Assembly (NCBI GenBank): GCA_963761805.1
Contig: CAVXIV010000018.1
Location: 145,058 to 209,057 of the forward strand
Direction of reading: 5' to 3'
Length of the DNA: 64,000 bases
Source: an uncultured Acidobacteriota bacterium
GTDB lineage: Bacteria; Acidobacteriota; Thermoanaerobaculia; Multivoradales; UBA5704
Made by a program: the position numbers and the translations under genes. Position 1 is the first letter of the stretch, and each line of letters opens with the position of its first letter. Shown here in pieces: positions 53,277 to 63,247 of this stretch. The notes beneath the pieces are model-generated. The model was not told where the DNA came from and searched no databases. It saw only the letters and a list, made by a program, of their open reading frames with translations.

Positions 53277-54287
53277 TTAGTCCGCCTTTGTCGCGACGAC
53301 CACGTCGAACGCGCCGGGGATCACCTGGATATCAATGAAGCCGAGCGCGGCGAGGGCTTCGGTGTACCACTCCACTTCGCGCAACCGGCTCGTGCAGGCG
53401 TCGGCGCCGATGAGGAACCAGGTCCAGAAGAACTGGACGGCGAGACGGTCGCAGGTGCGGAATTCTTCGCAGATCACGAGCCGGCCGCCCGGCGGGAGCG
53501 CTTGTTTCGCTTTTTCGAGGAGCATGCGCGCCGCGTCGGCCGGCCAGTCGTGCAGCACGCGCACGAAGGACAGCACGTCGTAGCCTTCCGGGAGCGGCCC
53601 GGCGAGGAAGTCGCCGCCGACGAATCCGAGCCGGTCCGCGAGGCCGGCGGCGCGGGCGCGCTCCGCGACGAGCGGGGCCACCGCCGGCAGGTTGAAGATG
53701 TCGCAGGTGAGCCGCGGGTCGGCGCGCAGCAGCGTCCCGGCGACGGTGCCGTCGCCGCCGCCGACGTCCAGCCATCGCGTGCGCGAGCCGAAGGCCTCGT
53801 CGCGGGCCGCCGCCAGCGCCTCGTTGATCGGACCGCATCCCGCGGCCATGCTGCGCTCGAAGGCGCGCACGTCTTCGTCCGTCACCGGCGGCCAGTCGAA
53901 CTTCGTGTCGAGCCCGCCGGCGAGGACCTCGCCCAGCCGGCCGTGGAGGTCGCGCCATGGATAGCGGTCCCGATCGCGCTCGATCGAGCCTTCGCCCAGC
54001 ACGGCCTCGAACGCCGGCGTGAGCGGCTCCGTGGTGACGTACTCGGCGGCGAGCAGGTCGTCCGACGCCTGCCGGCGTTCGATCAGTCCGAGGCTCTCCA
54101 GGCCGTCGAGGAACTTGTACAGGCGCAGCGGGCGGGCGCCTACCGCGTCGGATAGCGCGGCGAGGGTGACCGGTCCGGTGTCGAGCCGGGACAACAATCC
54201 GAGATCGTTCGCCGTCCGCAGAAGATCGAGGGCCTTGTCGGCGTTGAACAGCAGCGCCAGGAGGGATCTTGCGTTCATCCCGTTCAT
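53277..54287 (-). CDS. SAM-dependent O-methyltransferase with an N-terminal winged-helix dimerisation domain
   Basis: LGLLSRLDTGPVTLAALSDAV...LESLGLIERR, then motif I WLDVGGGDGTVAG and VLHDWPADAA. Confidence 0.8.
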   Translation of the reverse strand: MNGMNARSLLALLFNADKALDLLRTANDLGLLSRLDTGPVTLAALSDAVGARPLRLYKFLDGLESLGLIERRQASDDLLAAEYVTTEPLTPAFEAVLGEGSIERDRDRYPWRDLHGRLGEVLAGGLDTKFDWPPVTDEDVRAFERSMAAGCGPINEALAAARDEAFGSRTRWLDVGGGDGTVAGTLLRADPRLTCDIFNLPAVAPLVAERARAAGLADRLGFVGGDFLAGPLPEGYDVLSFVRVLHDWPADAARMLLEKAKQALPPGGRLVICEEFRTCDRLAVQFFWTWFLIGADACTSRLREVEWYTEALAALGFIDIQVIPGAFDVVVATKAD

Positions 54288-54294
54288 GCGGATG

Positions 54295-55116
54295 TCACGC
54301 CTCCGCGCGCAGGCCCGAATAGGGGCAGACCGCGCCGCGCCGCTCGCCGGGGGCGTATCCGCCTTCGCGCGACCAGGACTGCGTCATCTCGACGCGCACG
54401 TTCCACAGCTCCGCGAACAGCGGCTTGGTCGCCCGCCCGATGAGCGCCGCGGTGGGGAAGCCGTCGAGCGCGCGCACGCTCTTGTCCACCCCCATGGTGC
54501 GCCGGACGAGCATGAAGTGCTCGACGAGCCAGGCCTGGACCGCGCTGTCCCAATCGACGAAGCGCTCGGCGAGGCGGTGCAGGTCCGGGTGGGCGTCCGG
54601 GTCCCGGTAGATCTCGAGCAGCGTCGCGCCGCGGCGCGCGATCAAGCGGCCGAGCGCGCTCCCGGCCGCGGCCGCCGCGGTGAGGATCTGGTTGTAGCCG
54701 GGCGATTCGAGGCCGCTGCCGTTGCCGATGCTGCGCCGGATGACCTGGAACCGCGCTGGCGACAGCGTGGCCAGCACGCGCATCTGGTCCCGCAGGACCT
54801 GCGCGATGTGGACGACGCGGTCGAGGGACGCCAGGGCGGCGAACAGCTCGACCCGATCGATCTGCTCCACCAGGTTCGTGGCCTCGAACGCCGCGCACTT
54901 GAGCCACAGCTCCTGGGTCTGATGGATCACCACGAACAGCATCTCGTCCGGCACGACCAGCTCGTCCGGGGAAGGCTGCAGCGCCAGGAGCTCCTGGGTG
55001 CGCACGTAGATTTCATAGTCGAGCTCGCCGCGCCCGACCTCTTTATGCAGGACTTTGTTGTAGATCGGGCATCCCAATGCCTCCCGCAAGGACGCCGCTT
55101 CACTGCCGTGGTTCAT
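54295..55116 (-). CDS. tryptophan 2,3-dioxygenase-like heme dioxygenase
   Basis: LDYEIYVRTQELLALQ...PDEMLFVVIHQTQELWLK...SPARFQVIRRSIGNGSGLESPGY. ATG 55116 after GGAAAGGAA. Confidence 0.75.
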   Translation of the reverse strand: MNHGSEAASLREALGCPIYNKVLHKEVGRGELDYEIYVRTQELLALQPSPDELVVPDEMLFVVIHQTQELWLKCAAFEATNLVEQIDRVELFAALASLDRVVHIAQVLRDQMRVLATLSPARFQVIRRSIGNGSGLESPGYNQILTAAAAAGSALGRLIARRGATLLEIYRDPDAHPDLHRLAERFVDWDSAVQAWLVEHFMLVRRTMGVDKSVRALDGFPTAALIGRATKPLFAELWNVRVEMTQSWSREGGYAPGERRGAVCPYSGLRAEA

Positions 55117-55222
55117 GTTGAGGGTTCCTTTCCCGATCCGGTCCGTTCCTACTCGGAGGTCGAAACGGCCGGGAGGAGGGTTTCCCCTCACTGGCGAGGC
55201 TGGCGGCGAGATCCGCTATCGA

Positions 55223-55750
55223 TCAATTCGCCGTCGGAGTCACATCGAGATCCCCTTGCGCCAGCGGACCGGTGCCGTAAGCCACCCGCTTGCCCATGCC
55301 GTCGAAGACAAGGAAGCTGGCCACGTCCGGGGTGCCCGAGACGGCAGCCTTCTTGTTGTTGGCGATCATCAGCCAATAGCGGCAGCCGCTGACTCCGGTC
55401 GCCGTGCAGCGGCCGTTCACATAGAGCGTCGGGCTGTGCTTGCCGGTCGAGGTCATCTGCTCGAAAGTCGTCGCGGTGACGTGGCCCTGGACGATCGAGT
55501 CGGACATGTTGATGGCGGCGATGGTGAGGCTCCCCGTGGGGAAGCCGCTCGCGGGATCGCACTTGACCTGGAGCCGGACCCTGAAGGAACCGTTGTGAGC
55601 GGCATCCGCGCGGCTCGCGATCTTGACGAGCCCCTCTCCTTGGGCGGACGTCTGGTTGCAGACCTGGAGAGTGGGAATCTGGGGCTGCTGGGCCAGAGCG
55701 GCCCCGGCGGCCAGGACGAGAGCCATGAAAACAGTGATCCTTGATTTCAT
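55223..55750 (-). CDS. hypothetical secreted protein, 175 aa
   Basis: Signal peptide MKSRITVFMALVLAAGAALAQ. 4 Cys. No family recognised. Confidence 0.5.
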   Translation of the reverse strand: MKSRITVFMALVLAAGAALAQQPQIPTLQVCNQTSAQGEGLVKIASRADAAHNGSFRVRLQVKCDPASGFPTGSLTIAAINMSDSIVQGHVTATTFEQMTSTGKHSPTLYVNGRCTATGVSGCRYWLMIANNKKAAVSGTPDVASFLVFDGMGKRVAYGTGPLAQGDLDVTPTAN

Positions 55751-55969
55751 GGGGAAATCTCCTTTCGCAAGATTAGGCGCCGCGAATCGTGAGACGTTAC
55801 CCGGCTCAACGACGTCCGGCCCACCGACGACTACATCCGTCCGTCCCGGTTCACCGCCCTAGTACTACCTTGGTCCCTCCGTCGTGCCATTTCATGGCGC
55901 GCTTTTTCTTGGCCTGGCACCTTTACTTAATGACGGTGTTTCACCAACCACGAAAGGGAGGTCAAGCGT

Positions 55970-56602
55970 ATGGACCGTAAGATGCTGAGGTCGTTTGGGA
56001 TCGCCGCCGTGGCCCTGGCTGCCCTGGGGACCGGCGTAGTCTTCCTGCTGCCGCAGTCGACCGCCGAGGCGCAGATCGGGCCGCTTCCGGGCACGACGTG
56101 CTTCCGTGCGGCTTCGATGTCCCACATTTTCAGGCCCTGGGGCCTGCAGTCGGGCCCGCTGGCCGCCACCGCCGGCTCGATCGGGGCTCAGGTCGGCCAG
56201 CCGATCACGACGTCGGACGGCCGCTCGGGATTCACGTTCTCCGTCGTGGCCTTCAACTCCGGCGGGTCTGTCGCGGGGCTGGGCAATGTGAACATGACGT
56301 TGGACAGTTCCCGCAAGCCTTCGACCAGCACGTTCATCTCCAACAGCCCGTCCACCGCCACCGTCAGCGCCAAGGCGGGCTCCGGCTCCACCCAGCGGAT
56401 CAACCTTTTCATCAACGTCGACATCGACGGCCGGAGGTATCGTTCGCAGGGCGAGGTCACGCTTCTGAGCACGGCGGTGCAGGCCTTCCCGCCGCCCCCG
56501 GGCACGGTCTACGAGCTGACGAGCAACGTCACGCTGCTCGATGCGAGCGGCCGGCCGGCGTTCGTCCTGCCGCCGGGTCAAGCCGCCAAGATCGAAGGCT
56601 AG
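55970..56602 (+). CDS. hypothetical secreted protein, 210 aa
   Basis: AGGGAGG lies before the ATG. Signal/anchor FGIAAVALAALGTGVVFLL. No family recognised. Confidence 0.5.
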   Translation: MDRKMLRSFGIAAVALAALGTGVVFLLPQSTAEAQIGPLPGTTCFRAASMSHIFRPWGLQSGPLAATAGSIGAQVGQPITTSDGRSGFTFSVVAFNSGGSVAGLGNVNMTLDSSRKPSTSTFISNSPSTATVSAKAGSGSTQRINLFINVDIDGRRYRSQGEVTLLSTAVQAFPPPPGTVYELTSNVTLLDASGRPAFVLPPGQAAKIEG

Positions 56603-56689
56603 AGCCGTTGGCGTGGGGAGGCCGGCTCGCGCGGCGGGCCTCCCGCGCCGTTTTCCTGGACCGAGCCGAGCTTGCCGTCCCCACGATCC

Positions 56690-57124
56690 ATGGAGCGCCG
56701 GATGGCGGCGCTGTTCATCCTGGCCCTGCTGCTGATCCTTTGGCAGTGCTGGCGGACCCGTCCCCTGCCCGCGGTGGGCTTCACCATGGTGTACGAGCCC
56801 GGCGGGCAGATCCTCCCCATCGCCGTCCCTTCGTGGGGCGAGCCTCCCGATCTTCCCGCGGACCGGCAGGAGCGGCTGCGCTTCCTGGAAGCGAGATCGA
56901 TCAGCGCCGGCGGCGTCTCCGGCAGCTCCCCCTGCCGGCTGTTCCTGCGTGTTTCCGTCCACCACTGGCTCCAGCGCCCCGTCTCCGGCCTGGCGCCGGG
57001 CGTCTTCCACTTCCTGCCTGAGTCGCTGCTGGACGACGACGACGGCGACGGCGATCCTCTCGACCCGGGCGAGCTGGCGTCCGGCGCGGCGAGGGGCGCC
57101 GAGGCGGAAGTCTTCTGCGGATGA
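56690..57124 (+). CDS. hypothetical membrane-anchored protein, translationally coupled to the MMPL gene
   Basis: MERRMAALFILALLLILW anchor. The stop overlaps the ATG of the next gene (ATGA). Confidence 0.45.
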   Translation: MERRMAALFILALLLILWQCWRTRPLPAVGFTMVYEPGGQILPIAVPSWGEPPDLPADRQERLRFLEARSISAGGVSGSSPCRLFLRVSVHHWLQRPVSGLAPGVFHFLPESLLDDDDGDGDPLDPGELASGAARGAEAEVFCG

Positions 57125-59325
57125 GCCGGCTCGGCCTCTACCGCTGGGCTCTGGCCGGAGCCCTCGCCGCGGGCCTGCTCGCGTGCGCCTACCTGGCCCT
57201 GCCGCTCCGGGACCTGAAGATCCGCGTCGACGACCTGGAGCTGCTGCCGCGGAGCAGCGAGGTCCTGGCCGTGGACGAGGCGGTCCGCTCGACCTTCGGC
57301 TCGGACGACCGTCTGATCATCGCCGTCGAGGCGTTGCGCGGCGGCGTCACGGACGCGGAGCTGCGGCGCGACATCCGCTTTTTCGCCGGCCGGATCGCGG
57401 AGAGCCCGAACCTCCACCTTCTGTTGTTCGACCGTCTGTACCGGCCCCGCTTCCAACGCGAGGCGGTGCCCGGCGAGCCCTACCTTCTCCACGAGCCCGG
57501 CGCCGCCTGGATCCACCGGGCGCTGCGGGCGACGGCGGTGACGGGCCAGACCGCGGCCGGCCGGTCCCGCCGCACGGTCCTGCTGGAGACGCCGGCCTTT
57601 TCCCCCTCCGGTGTGGAATCGATCGCGGTCAGAGTGCGGGACGCCGCCGGCCGGCTCGAAGCCCGCAGGCCCGGGGCCTACCGCGTGCGGCTGATCGGCA
57701 AGGACGTGGTCCTCAACGAGCTCGGACGGGCGATCTTCGAAGACCTGCGGCGCCTGCTCCCCTGGAGCTTCCTGCTGATCGGCGTCCTTTTCTGGTTCCT
57801 TTTCCGCTCCTGGGTGCTGGTGGCGCTGGCGGTGACGCAGTCGGTGACCACGGTCGTCCTGACGCTCGCCATCCTGGCGCGGCTCGGCCATCCGCTGTCG
57901 CTGATGACCGCCATGATCCCGGTGCTCGTCACCGTCATCGGCATCGCCGACGAGATCCACATGTTCGGCGAGTTCCTGCGCCTGCGGGCTGTTCATCCAG
58001 ACCGTCCGGCTCCCGCGCTGGCCTGGGAAACCCTGCGCCGCCTCTTCTTCCCCTGTACGGCCATCACCCTGACGACGATCATCGGGTTCTCCTCGTTCCT
58101 CGCCACCGACGCCCCCGCGCTGCGGGTCTTCGGCCTGCTGGCCGGCATCGGCCTCGGGATTTCGTGGATCATCAGCGTCACCCTGGTGCCCGCGGTCCTG
58201 GCGCTGGCGCCGATCCGTTCCCGGCCGCGCTGGAGCGAGCGCGCCTGGTCCCTGGAGGCCGCCGTGCCGTTCCTGCGCCGCCGGGCCTTTCCGATCGGTT
58301 TGTCCCTGCTCCTGATCCCCGGCATCCTGCGCCTCGACATCGCCGACGGCTGGACGCGCAACTTCCGGCCCGATCATCCGCTCGTGCAGGACGTCCGCTG
58401 GTTCGAAAAGGAATCGGTCGGCCTCTATCAATTCGATCTGATGCTTACCCGCCGGGACGGCCGGGCATGGACCGACCCCGAGCTGCTGCGGGGCCTGTCC
58501 CGCTTGCAGCAGGAGGTCGCGGCGGCGCCCGCCGTGACGGCTTCGATCTCGGTGGCCGACCTGGTGCGCGACCGCGCGTGGGAGCTGGGGGACCCCGCCG
58601 CGCCGAGGCCGGCGATCCCGGCTTCGACGGCGGAGGTGGCCCGGCTGCTGGAAACCTATCGGATTTTCAACGAGGGGCCGCTGAAACGGCTGTTCCTGGG
58701 TCCGGAAGGCGCCTCCACCCGGTTGATGTTCGGCGTGGCGAGCGACGACTACGCCACCGCCGAGCGTGTCCGCGGCGTGCTGGACGGCGCGGTGGGCCGC
58801 CATTTCGATCCCGCGGAGGTGGAGGCGCGGATCGGCGGCAGCGCGGAGCGGGGGAGAGTGCTGATCGAATCCATCGTCACCAGCCAGGGGACCTCGGTCG
58901 GTTTCTCGCTGCTGGCTTCGATGTTCGCGCTGGGGTTCACCTCGGGCCGCTGGGGGCGGACGCTGAAGTGCATCGCGGCGAACGTCTGGGCCCTGCTGCT
59001 GACCCTGGGAGCGGCCGGCTGGCTCGGCGTGGAGATGGGCGTCGCCACCTCGTCGTTCCTGGCGCTGGGGGTGGGCGTCGGCCTGGACTACGCGATCCAT
59101 CTGGCCTTCGATCCGCGATCGGCGGAGGGTGGCCCGGGGGTGGTCTTCCTCCGCGTGATGGCCAACGTGGTGGTGGTGGGAGCCGGCTTGGCCGTCCTGA
59201 CGTTCTCCACCAATCCCACGGTCGCGAAGCTGGGCCTGCTGATCGTGATGAGCCTGGTGGCCTCCGGCTACACCTCGATCGTGATCTTCGCGCGGGACGC
59301 TCGGCTCGCCGCGGCTCAGCCGTGA
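57121..59325 (+). CDS. MMPL/RND-superfamily transporter (two sterol-sensing-like TM bundles)
   Basis: Intact 734 aa. Two blocks of about 5-6 TM helices separated by a soluble loop. FRSWVLVALAVTQSVTTVVLTLAIL...LMTAMIPVLVTVIGIADEIH is typical of MMPL. Confidence 0.8.
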   Translation: MSRLGLYRWALAGALAAGLLACAYLALPLRDLKIRVDDLELLPRSSEVLAVDEAVRSTFGSDDRLIIAVEALRGGVTDAELRRDIRFFAGRIAESPNLHLLLFDRLYRPRFQREAVPGEPYLLHEPGAAWIHRALRATAVTGQTAAGRSRRTVLLETPAFSPSGVESIAVRVRDAAGRLEARRPGAYRVRLIGKDVVLNELGRAIFEDLRRLLPWSFLLIGVLFWFLFRSWVLVALAVTQSVTTVVLTLAILARLGHPLSLMTAMIPVLVTVIGIADEIHMFGEFLRLRAVHPDRPAPALAWETLRRLFFPCTAITLTTIIGFSSFLATDAPALRVFGLLAGIGLGISWIISVTLVPAVLALAPIRSRPRWSERAWSLEAAVPFLRRRAFPIGLSLLLIPGILRLDIADGWTRNFRPDHPLVQDVRWFEKESVGLYQFDLMLTRRDGRAWTDPELLRGLSRLQQEVAAAPAVTASISVADLVRDRAWELGDPAAPRPAIPASTAEVARLLETYRIFNEGPLKRLFLGPEGASTRLMFGVASDDYATAERVRGVLDGAVGRHFDPAEVEARIGGSAERGRVLIESIVTSQGTSVGFSLLASMFALGFTSGRWGRTLKCIAANVWALLLTLGAAGWLGVEMGVATSSFLALGVGVGLDYAIHLAFDPRSAEGGPGVVFLRVMANVVVVGAGLAVLTFSTNPTVAKLGLLIVMSLVASGYTSIVIFARDARLAAAQP

Positions 59326-59960
59326 ACCGCCGGCGAGATTCCGAGGCCTCGCGCGAGGTGGGCCTCGAATTCCAGCCAGCTCTGGAAACGGGAGGCGAGC
59401 GCTTCCGCGTCGGTCTCGCGGCCGGCGAGACGATGGAAGAGCTCCCAGTGGCGGCGCTCCGCGGGGCCGAGGTCGGCGAGGAGGCGCGCGACCTCCTGGT
59501 CTTCCACGACCTCCAGGAGACGTGTGAACCGCTCGCAGCTCCGCGCCTCGATGATGGCGCCGAACAGCAGGCGGTCGATCTTCGTCCAGGGCTCGCGGCC
59601 GGGAACGATCCGCGCCCGCAGGCTCTGGGCCCAGGGGTTCTTCCGCCGTCCTCCGAGCGGCCAGCCCCGCTTCCTGAGGATCGCCACCACCCGCCGGAAA
59701 TGCTGCACCTCCTCAGCGGCCAGCGCCGCCGCGCGCTCGACGAGCTCGGCGTCGTCGGGATAGTAGCCGGCGAGCGACAGGGCATACACGGCCACCTGCT
59801 GCTCGCAGACCGCGTGGTCGGCCAGGAATTCGGGCAGGCTGGCCGCCGCGAGCTGCGCCCACGAGCGGGGCGTCGGGTGGAGCAGGGGAAGCGCGGCGAA
59901 CACCTCCTCGAAGTCGATCGGAGCGGTCGGGTCGCTCTCCGGGCCGGCGGGGCTTCTCAT
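59316..59960 (-). CDS. miaE: tRNA-(ms2io6A)-hydroxylase MiaE-like di-iron protein
   Basis: FLADHAVCEQQVAVYALSL, AAEEVQHFRRVVAILRKRG, GAIIEARSCERF and AERRHWELF match the helix-bundle E/H ligand pattern of MiaE. Confidence 0.7.
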   Translation of the reverse strand: MRSPAGPESDPTAPIDFEEVFAALPLLHPTPRSWAQLAAASLPEFLADHAVCEQQVAVYALSLAGYYPDDAELVERAAALAAEEVQHFRRVVAILRKRGWPLGGRRKNPWAQSLRARIVPGREPWTKIDRLLFGAIIEARSCERFTRLLEVVEDQEVARLLADLGPAERRHWELFHRLAGRETDAEALASRFQSWLEFEAHLARGLGISPAVHG

Positions 59961-60012
59961 GGCCCGGATCATACCTTTCTGCCGTACACTAGGATATCGA
60001 CCGGAGAGACAG

Positions 60013-60534
60013 ATGAACATCGATATTCCCGTGTGGGCGCTGAGGACGGCTACGCCTGAAGATCAGTCCCTGGCGCGCGAGGCGCAGCGCCTGGGCAGAC
60101 TGCGGCTCCGGTGGCCGGATCGCAAAGCCTTACGAGCCTGGGCCAGGGAGCATGGATGGCCGGCGCCGTGGCTGGGGTTCGAGGAGGCCTTCGCCGCCAG
60201 GATGCTCGAAGACGAGGAGAGCTTCGAGCTGGCCCTCGGCGCAAGCGGCATCGAGGTTCTCCTTCCCAGGGGGGACTACACGATCCCGGCTGAAAAGCTC
60301 CGGGAGCTCGACGCTCTGTACGAGGAGCGGTCGGCCGATGGGCGACCGACGAGTTGGGGCTTTCTGGTCGCGGAGCTCCGGGAGATCCGCCGGGCCGTAG
60401 AAGCGGGCGTCGTGGTGAAGGTGGAAGAGGCGCGGGAGCTCGGGACCTGGCAGGGCTTCTACGACTGGGCTCATGGACGCTACCATGCGCTCGAAGACGG
60501 CTACGACCACTGGATAGGGGACGACCGCTCGTAA
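60013..60534 (+). CDS. hypothetical protein, 173 aa
   Basis: Internal ATG 60013 of track ORF 59959-60534. No motif recognised. Confidence 0.45.
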   Translation: MNIDIPVWALRTATPEDQSLAREAQRLGRLRLRWPDRKALRAWAREHGWPAPWLGFEEAFAARMLEDEESFELALGASGIEVLLPRGDYTIPAEKLRELDALYEERSADGRPTSWGFLVAELREIRRAVEAGVVVKVEEARELGTWQGFYDWAHGRYHALEDGYDHWIGDDRS

Positions 60535-60601
60535 CGGCGACGCGGGCGGCGAAGCGGAGGAAGGAGGACGGTGCTCACCGCCCTCCTTCCAAGCGAGGGT
60601 G

Positions 60602-61051
60602 TCAGCTCTTCCGGCCCACGATATCCTTGCCTTTCGGTATCGCGTCCATCACGACCGCCGGAATGTTCACGATCTTGTCCCAGCCGAACTGGTACTGGTC
60701 GAACGTCTTTGCATCGCCGATCCAACGCTTGACGAGTGCGTTGGCGCCCTTCTCCGGGTTCACGTCGAGCAGATAGATCGGACCTGTTCCATCGGCGATG
60801 AGGAGCGCGTCTGGCCGGACGGGGCTGCCCTCCAGGATGGTGGAGGTGTCGAACGGAGTGACCGCATGCCCGTCCCTGAAAAGGTTCCAATTGGAAAGAT
60901 AGCGCTTGAGGCCGTTGTCGACCATGTAGCATTCATGGCCGCCCATCCTCTGGAACACCATCGCGTTGAGATCGGGACGCGGCTCCGGCGTTGCTCCGAC
61001 CTTGTCGAGGGAAGGGTTCGAGGCCGTTGGCTGGACGTCTGCAATGGACAT
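60602..61051 (-). CDS. hypothetical protein, 149 aa
   Basis: Intact ORF with somewhat lower GC. No motif recognised. Confidence 0.45.
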   Translation of the reverse strand: MSIADVQPTASNPSLDKVGATPEPRPDLNAMVFQRMGGHECYMVDNGLKRYLSNWNLFRDGHAVTPFDTSTILEGSPVRPDALLIADGTGPIYLLDVNPEKGANALVKRWIGDAKTFDQYQFGWDKIVNIPAVVMDAIPKGKDIVGRKS

Positions 61052-61185
61052 GGTGATTCTTTCCTTTCTCGTGAGGTGGCGAGCAGCGCGCCGGTGAGTC
61101 CGCCGGATCGCTCATTCCACGTGTACCGAGAAAGTGCCCGACCCGATCGATCTATCTCAGGCAAAATCGAACGAAATCGATTTTT

Positions 61186-62025
61186 CTACGGCCGCTCGGT
61201 CACCCGGAACGGATAGGCCCCGATCGCGGCGCCTTGGCCCTCCCCCTGGATCGTCAGCTCGTAGACGCCGGGGGAGAGCATGCTGGAGGGAAGGAGGATG
61301 GTGAGGGTGTCCCTTTCGTCCGCCTCGAGGCCTGAGGATCGCCAGATCTCCTGGCCCTTGCCGTCGCGCAGGGAGGCGCGGAAGGCGGGGAAGTCCACGG
61401 TGGCCAGCTCCATCGTGAGGAGCACAGGCTGGCCCGCCGCGGGCAGGGGGATGCGGTTCACGGGCTCGCGGCCGGCCTCGTCGCCGCCGCGGACGGCGGC
61501 GAGGAGGAAGACGGGGACGTTCACCTGGGGGCGGTTCTCCGCGGTTGTCTCTTCCGACTGGGCCTGGCGCGCCTTGGCCAGCTCGTCCTCCAGGCGCCGG
61601 CGGTCGCCGGCGCCGGATTCCCGGGCGGCTTTCAGCTCGGCTTCCAGGCGTGCGATGCGGGGATCTTCGGCGGCCGCCGGAGCCGCCGTCCGGGCCGCGG
61701 CCAACTGGCGTTCGAGGCTCCGGTTGCGGGCCAGGACGAGCCCGAGGGGGAGCGCCACCAGGAGCAGGAGAACGGCGGCCCATGCGATCCGGCGTTTCCA
61801 GGACACGGCCGCGAGGATGCCGAGGCTCGCCCTGGCCGTCTCTGCGGCGGCGACGTCGCGCATCCCTTCCCGGAAGTCGTTCGCCATCTCCAAATGCGCG
61901 AGGCACGTTTCACAGGCAAAGAAATGGGCTTCGAACGCGTCGCGCTCGCTCTCGCTCAGTCGCTCTTTGAGATAGGCCTCGACGAGGCCGTGCTCTTCGG
62001 CGTAGGCGTGATCCACGGCGGTCAT
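61186..62025 (-). CDS. anti-sigma factor (zf-HC2) with one TM segment and a periplasmic domain
   Basis: AHFFACETCLAHLE (H-x3-C-x2-C). TM WAAVLLLLVALPLGLVLA. The ATG overlaps the sigma-factor stop. Confidence 0.75.
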   Translation of the reverse strand: MTAVDHAYAEEHGLVEAYLKERLSESERDAFEAHFFACETCLAHLEMANDFREGMRDVAAAETARASLGILAAVSWKRRIAWAAVLLLLVALPLGLVLARNRSLERQLAAARTAAPAAAEDPRIARLEAELKAARESGAGDRRRLEDELAKARQAQSEETTAENRPQVNVPVFLLAAVRGGDEAGREPVNRIPLPAAGQPVLLTMELATVDFPAFRASLRDGKGQEIWRSSGLEADERDTLTILLPSSMLSPGVYELTIQGEGQGAAIGAYPFRVTERP

Positions 62026-62618
62026 GGGTTCCCCCGCCACTTCTCGAACAGCTCTTTATACCGCTGCCGGGCGCGGAACAGCACGCGGTTGAAGTGGAGA
62101 TCGGAGAGCTCGAGGTCGCGGCAGATCACGTCTTTGTCCTGGTCCGCGATGTAGTACCGCGAGAGGATCTCGCGGTCGCGGTCGTTTTTCAGCTCGGCCA
62201 GCACCTGGCGGACCAGCGCCGACCGTTCCCTGGCCAGGAGCTTCTGGAGCTGGCCCGGGGCCGGATCGGGCGCGGTCTCGGTGGCTTCGGGATCTCCTTC
62301 CCATTTCTGACGCCGGCCGCCGCGGCGGACGGAACCGAGGAAGAGGTTCCGGGCCAGGCTGCTCACGAATCCCGGCAGCCGTTCCGCTTCCCGCAACTCG
62401 CCCCGCCGGACCTTCTCGATCACCAGCCGGAAGGTCTCCTGGTACAGGTCCTCCGCCGCGGCTTCGTCCCGGGTCAGCCGCCCCAGCAGGAACTTCAGCG
62501 CGCGGCTGAACCGTTGGACCAGCTCGGTCTCCGCCTCCGGTTCGCCGGAGAGGATGCGCCGGACCAGGTCCGCCATCGGGTCGGCGCCCGGCCGCGGATG
62601 CCCGGCGGGCTCGTTCAA
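62022..62618 (-). CDS. ECF (group 4) sigma-70 family RNA polymerase sigma factor
   Basis: Region 2 DLYQETFRLVIEKV...PGFVSSLARN and region 4 REILSRYYIADQDKDVICRDLELSDLHFNRVLFRARQRY. Confidence 0.85.
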   Translation of the reverse strand: MNEPAGHPRPGADPMADLVRRILSGEPEAETELVQRFSRALKFLLGRLTRDEAAAEDLYQETFRLVIEKVRRGELREAERLPGFVSSLARNLFLGSVRRGGRRQKWEGDPEATETAPDPAPGQLQKLLARERSALVRQVLAELKNDRDREILSRYYIADQDKDVICRDLELSDLHFNRVLFRARQRYKELFEKWRGNP

Positions 62619-62757
62619 GCCCGCCTGCTCCGAAAGTGCCGCACGGCCCCGGAAAATCTCAGGGACAGCCCGTTCATGGTCCCCTCTTTCCTAGATGGGA
62701 CCGATGATACTGGAAACAGGGGCTGTCCGGACATGAGGCCCGGGCGGAGACGGCTGC

Positions 62758-63174
62758 CTATTCCGCGGTGCTCGTCCCCATTCCGTCCTTGGGTTCATAA
62801 GGCGGCGGCAGCGGATCTTGTTGGGCGATGAAGACGCCGGTATTGCCTTCGTGGATACCTTCCCTATGGAACTTACCGTACCACCATGAAGACTCCAGCA
62901 AATAAGGTATGGTTATTGCCAGTACGGGAATGTTCGTCCCGTCTTCAGCGAGGACCTTGGCGCTGGAATTCTGCAGTTGCCGGTTCGTCTCGTTCCAGAA
63001 TAAGTTGGTGGAATACATAGGCTTCTCAAGTGGCCAGGAAAGCCGGTATTCCTTATCTTCAATGTTCTCGATCTTGATCTTGGTGCCCGGCGGGAAAAGA
63101 GCGTGAGGGCAGACACCGTTGGGAATCCAATCTTTGATCTCTAGACAATGACATGGCAGGGGTTCGGGGATCAT
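62758..63174 (-). CDS. hypothetical protein, 138 aa
   Basis: Intact lower-GC ORF. No motif recognised. Confidence 0.45.
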   Translation of the reverse strand: MIPEPLPCHCLEIKDWIPNGVCPHALFPPGTKIKIENIEDKEYRLSWPLEKPMYSTNLFWNETNRQLQNSSAKVLAEDGTNIPVLAITIPYLLESSWWYGKFHREGIHEGNTGVFIAQQDPLPPPYEPKDGMGTSTAE

Positions 63175-63247
63175 GTCGTTCTCCTTTTCCGAAGACGCGC
63201 GGGTTTGCCGTCGCCCGACCTGAAGTGCCTCTGGCCCGGCGGCTATC

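Noticed and set aside
56599-60059. 833-aa (-) and 1036-aa (+) track ORFs
   Set aside because: Both overlap the intact MMPL transporter frame (57121-59325) and MiaE. Their translations are R/G/P-rich nonsense. They are high-GC frame shadows.
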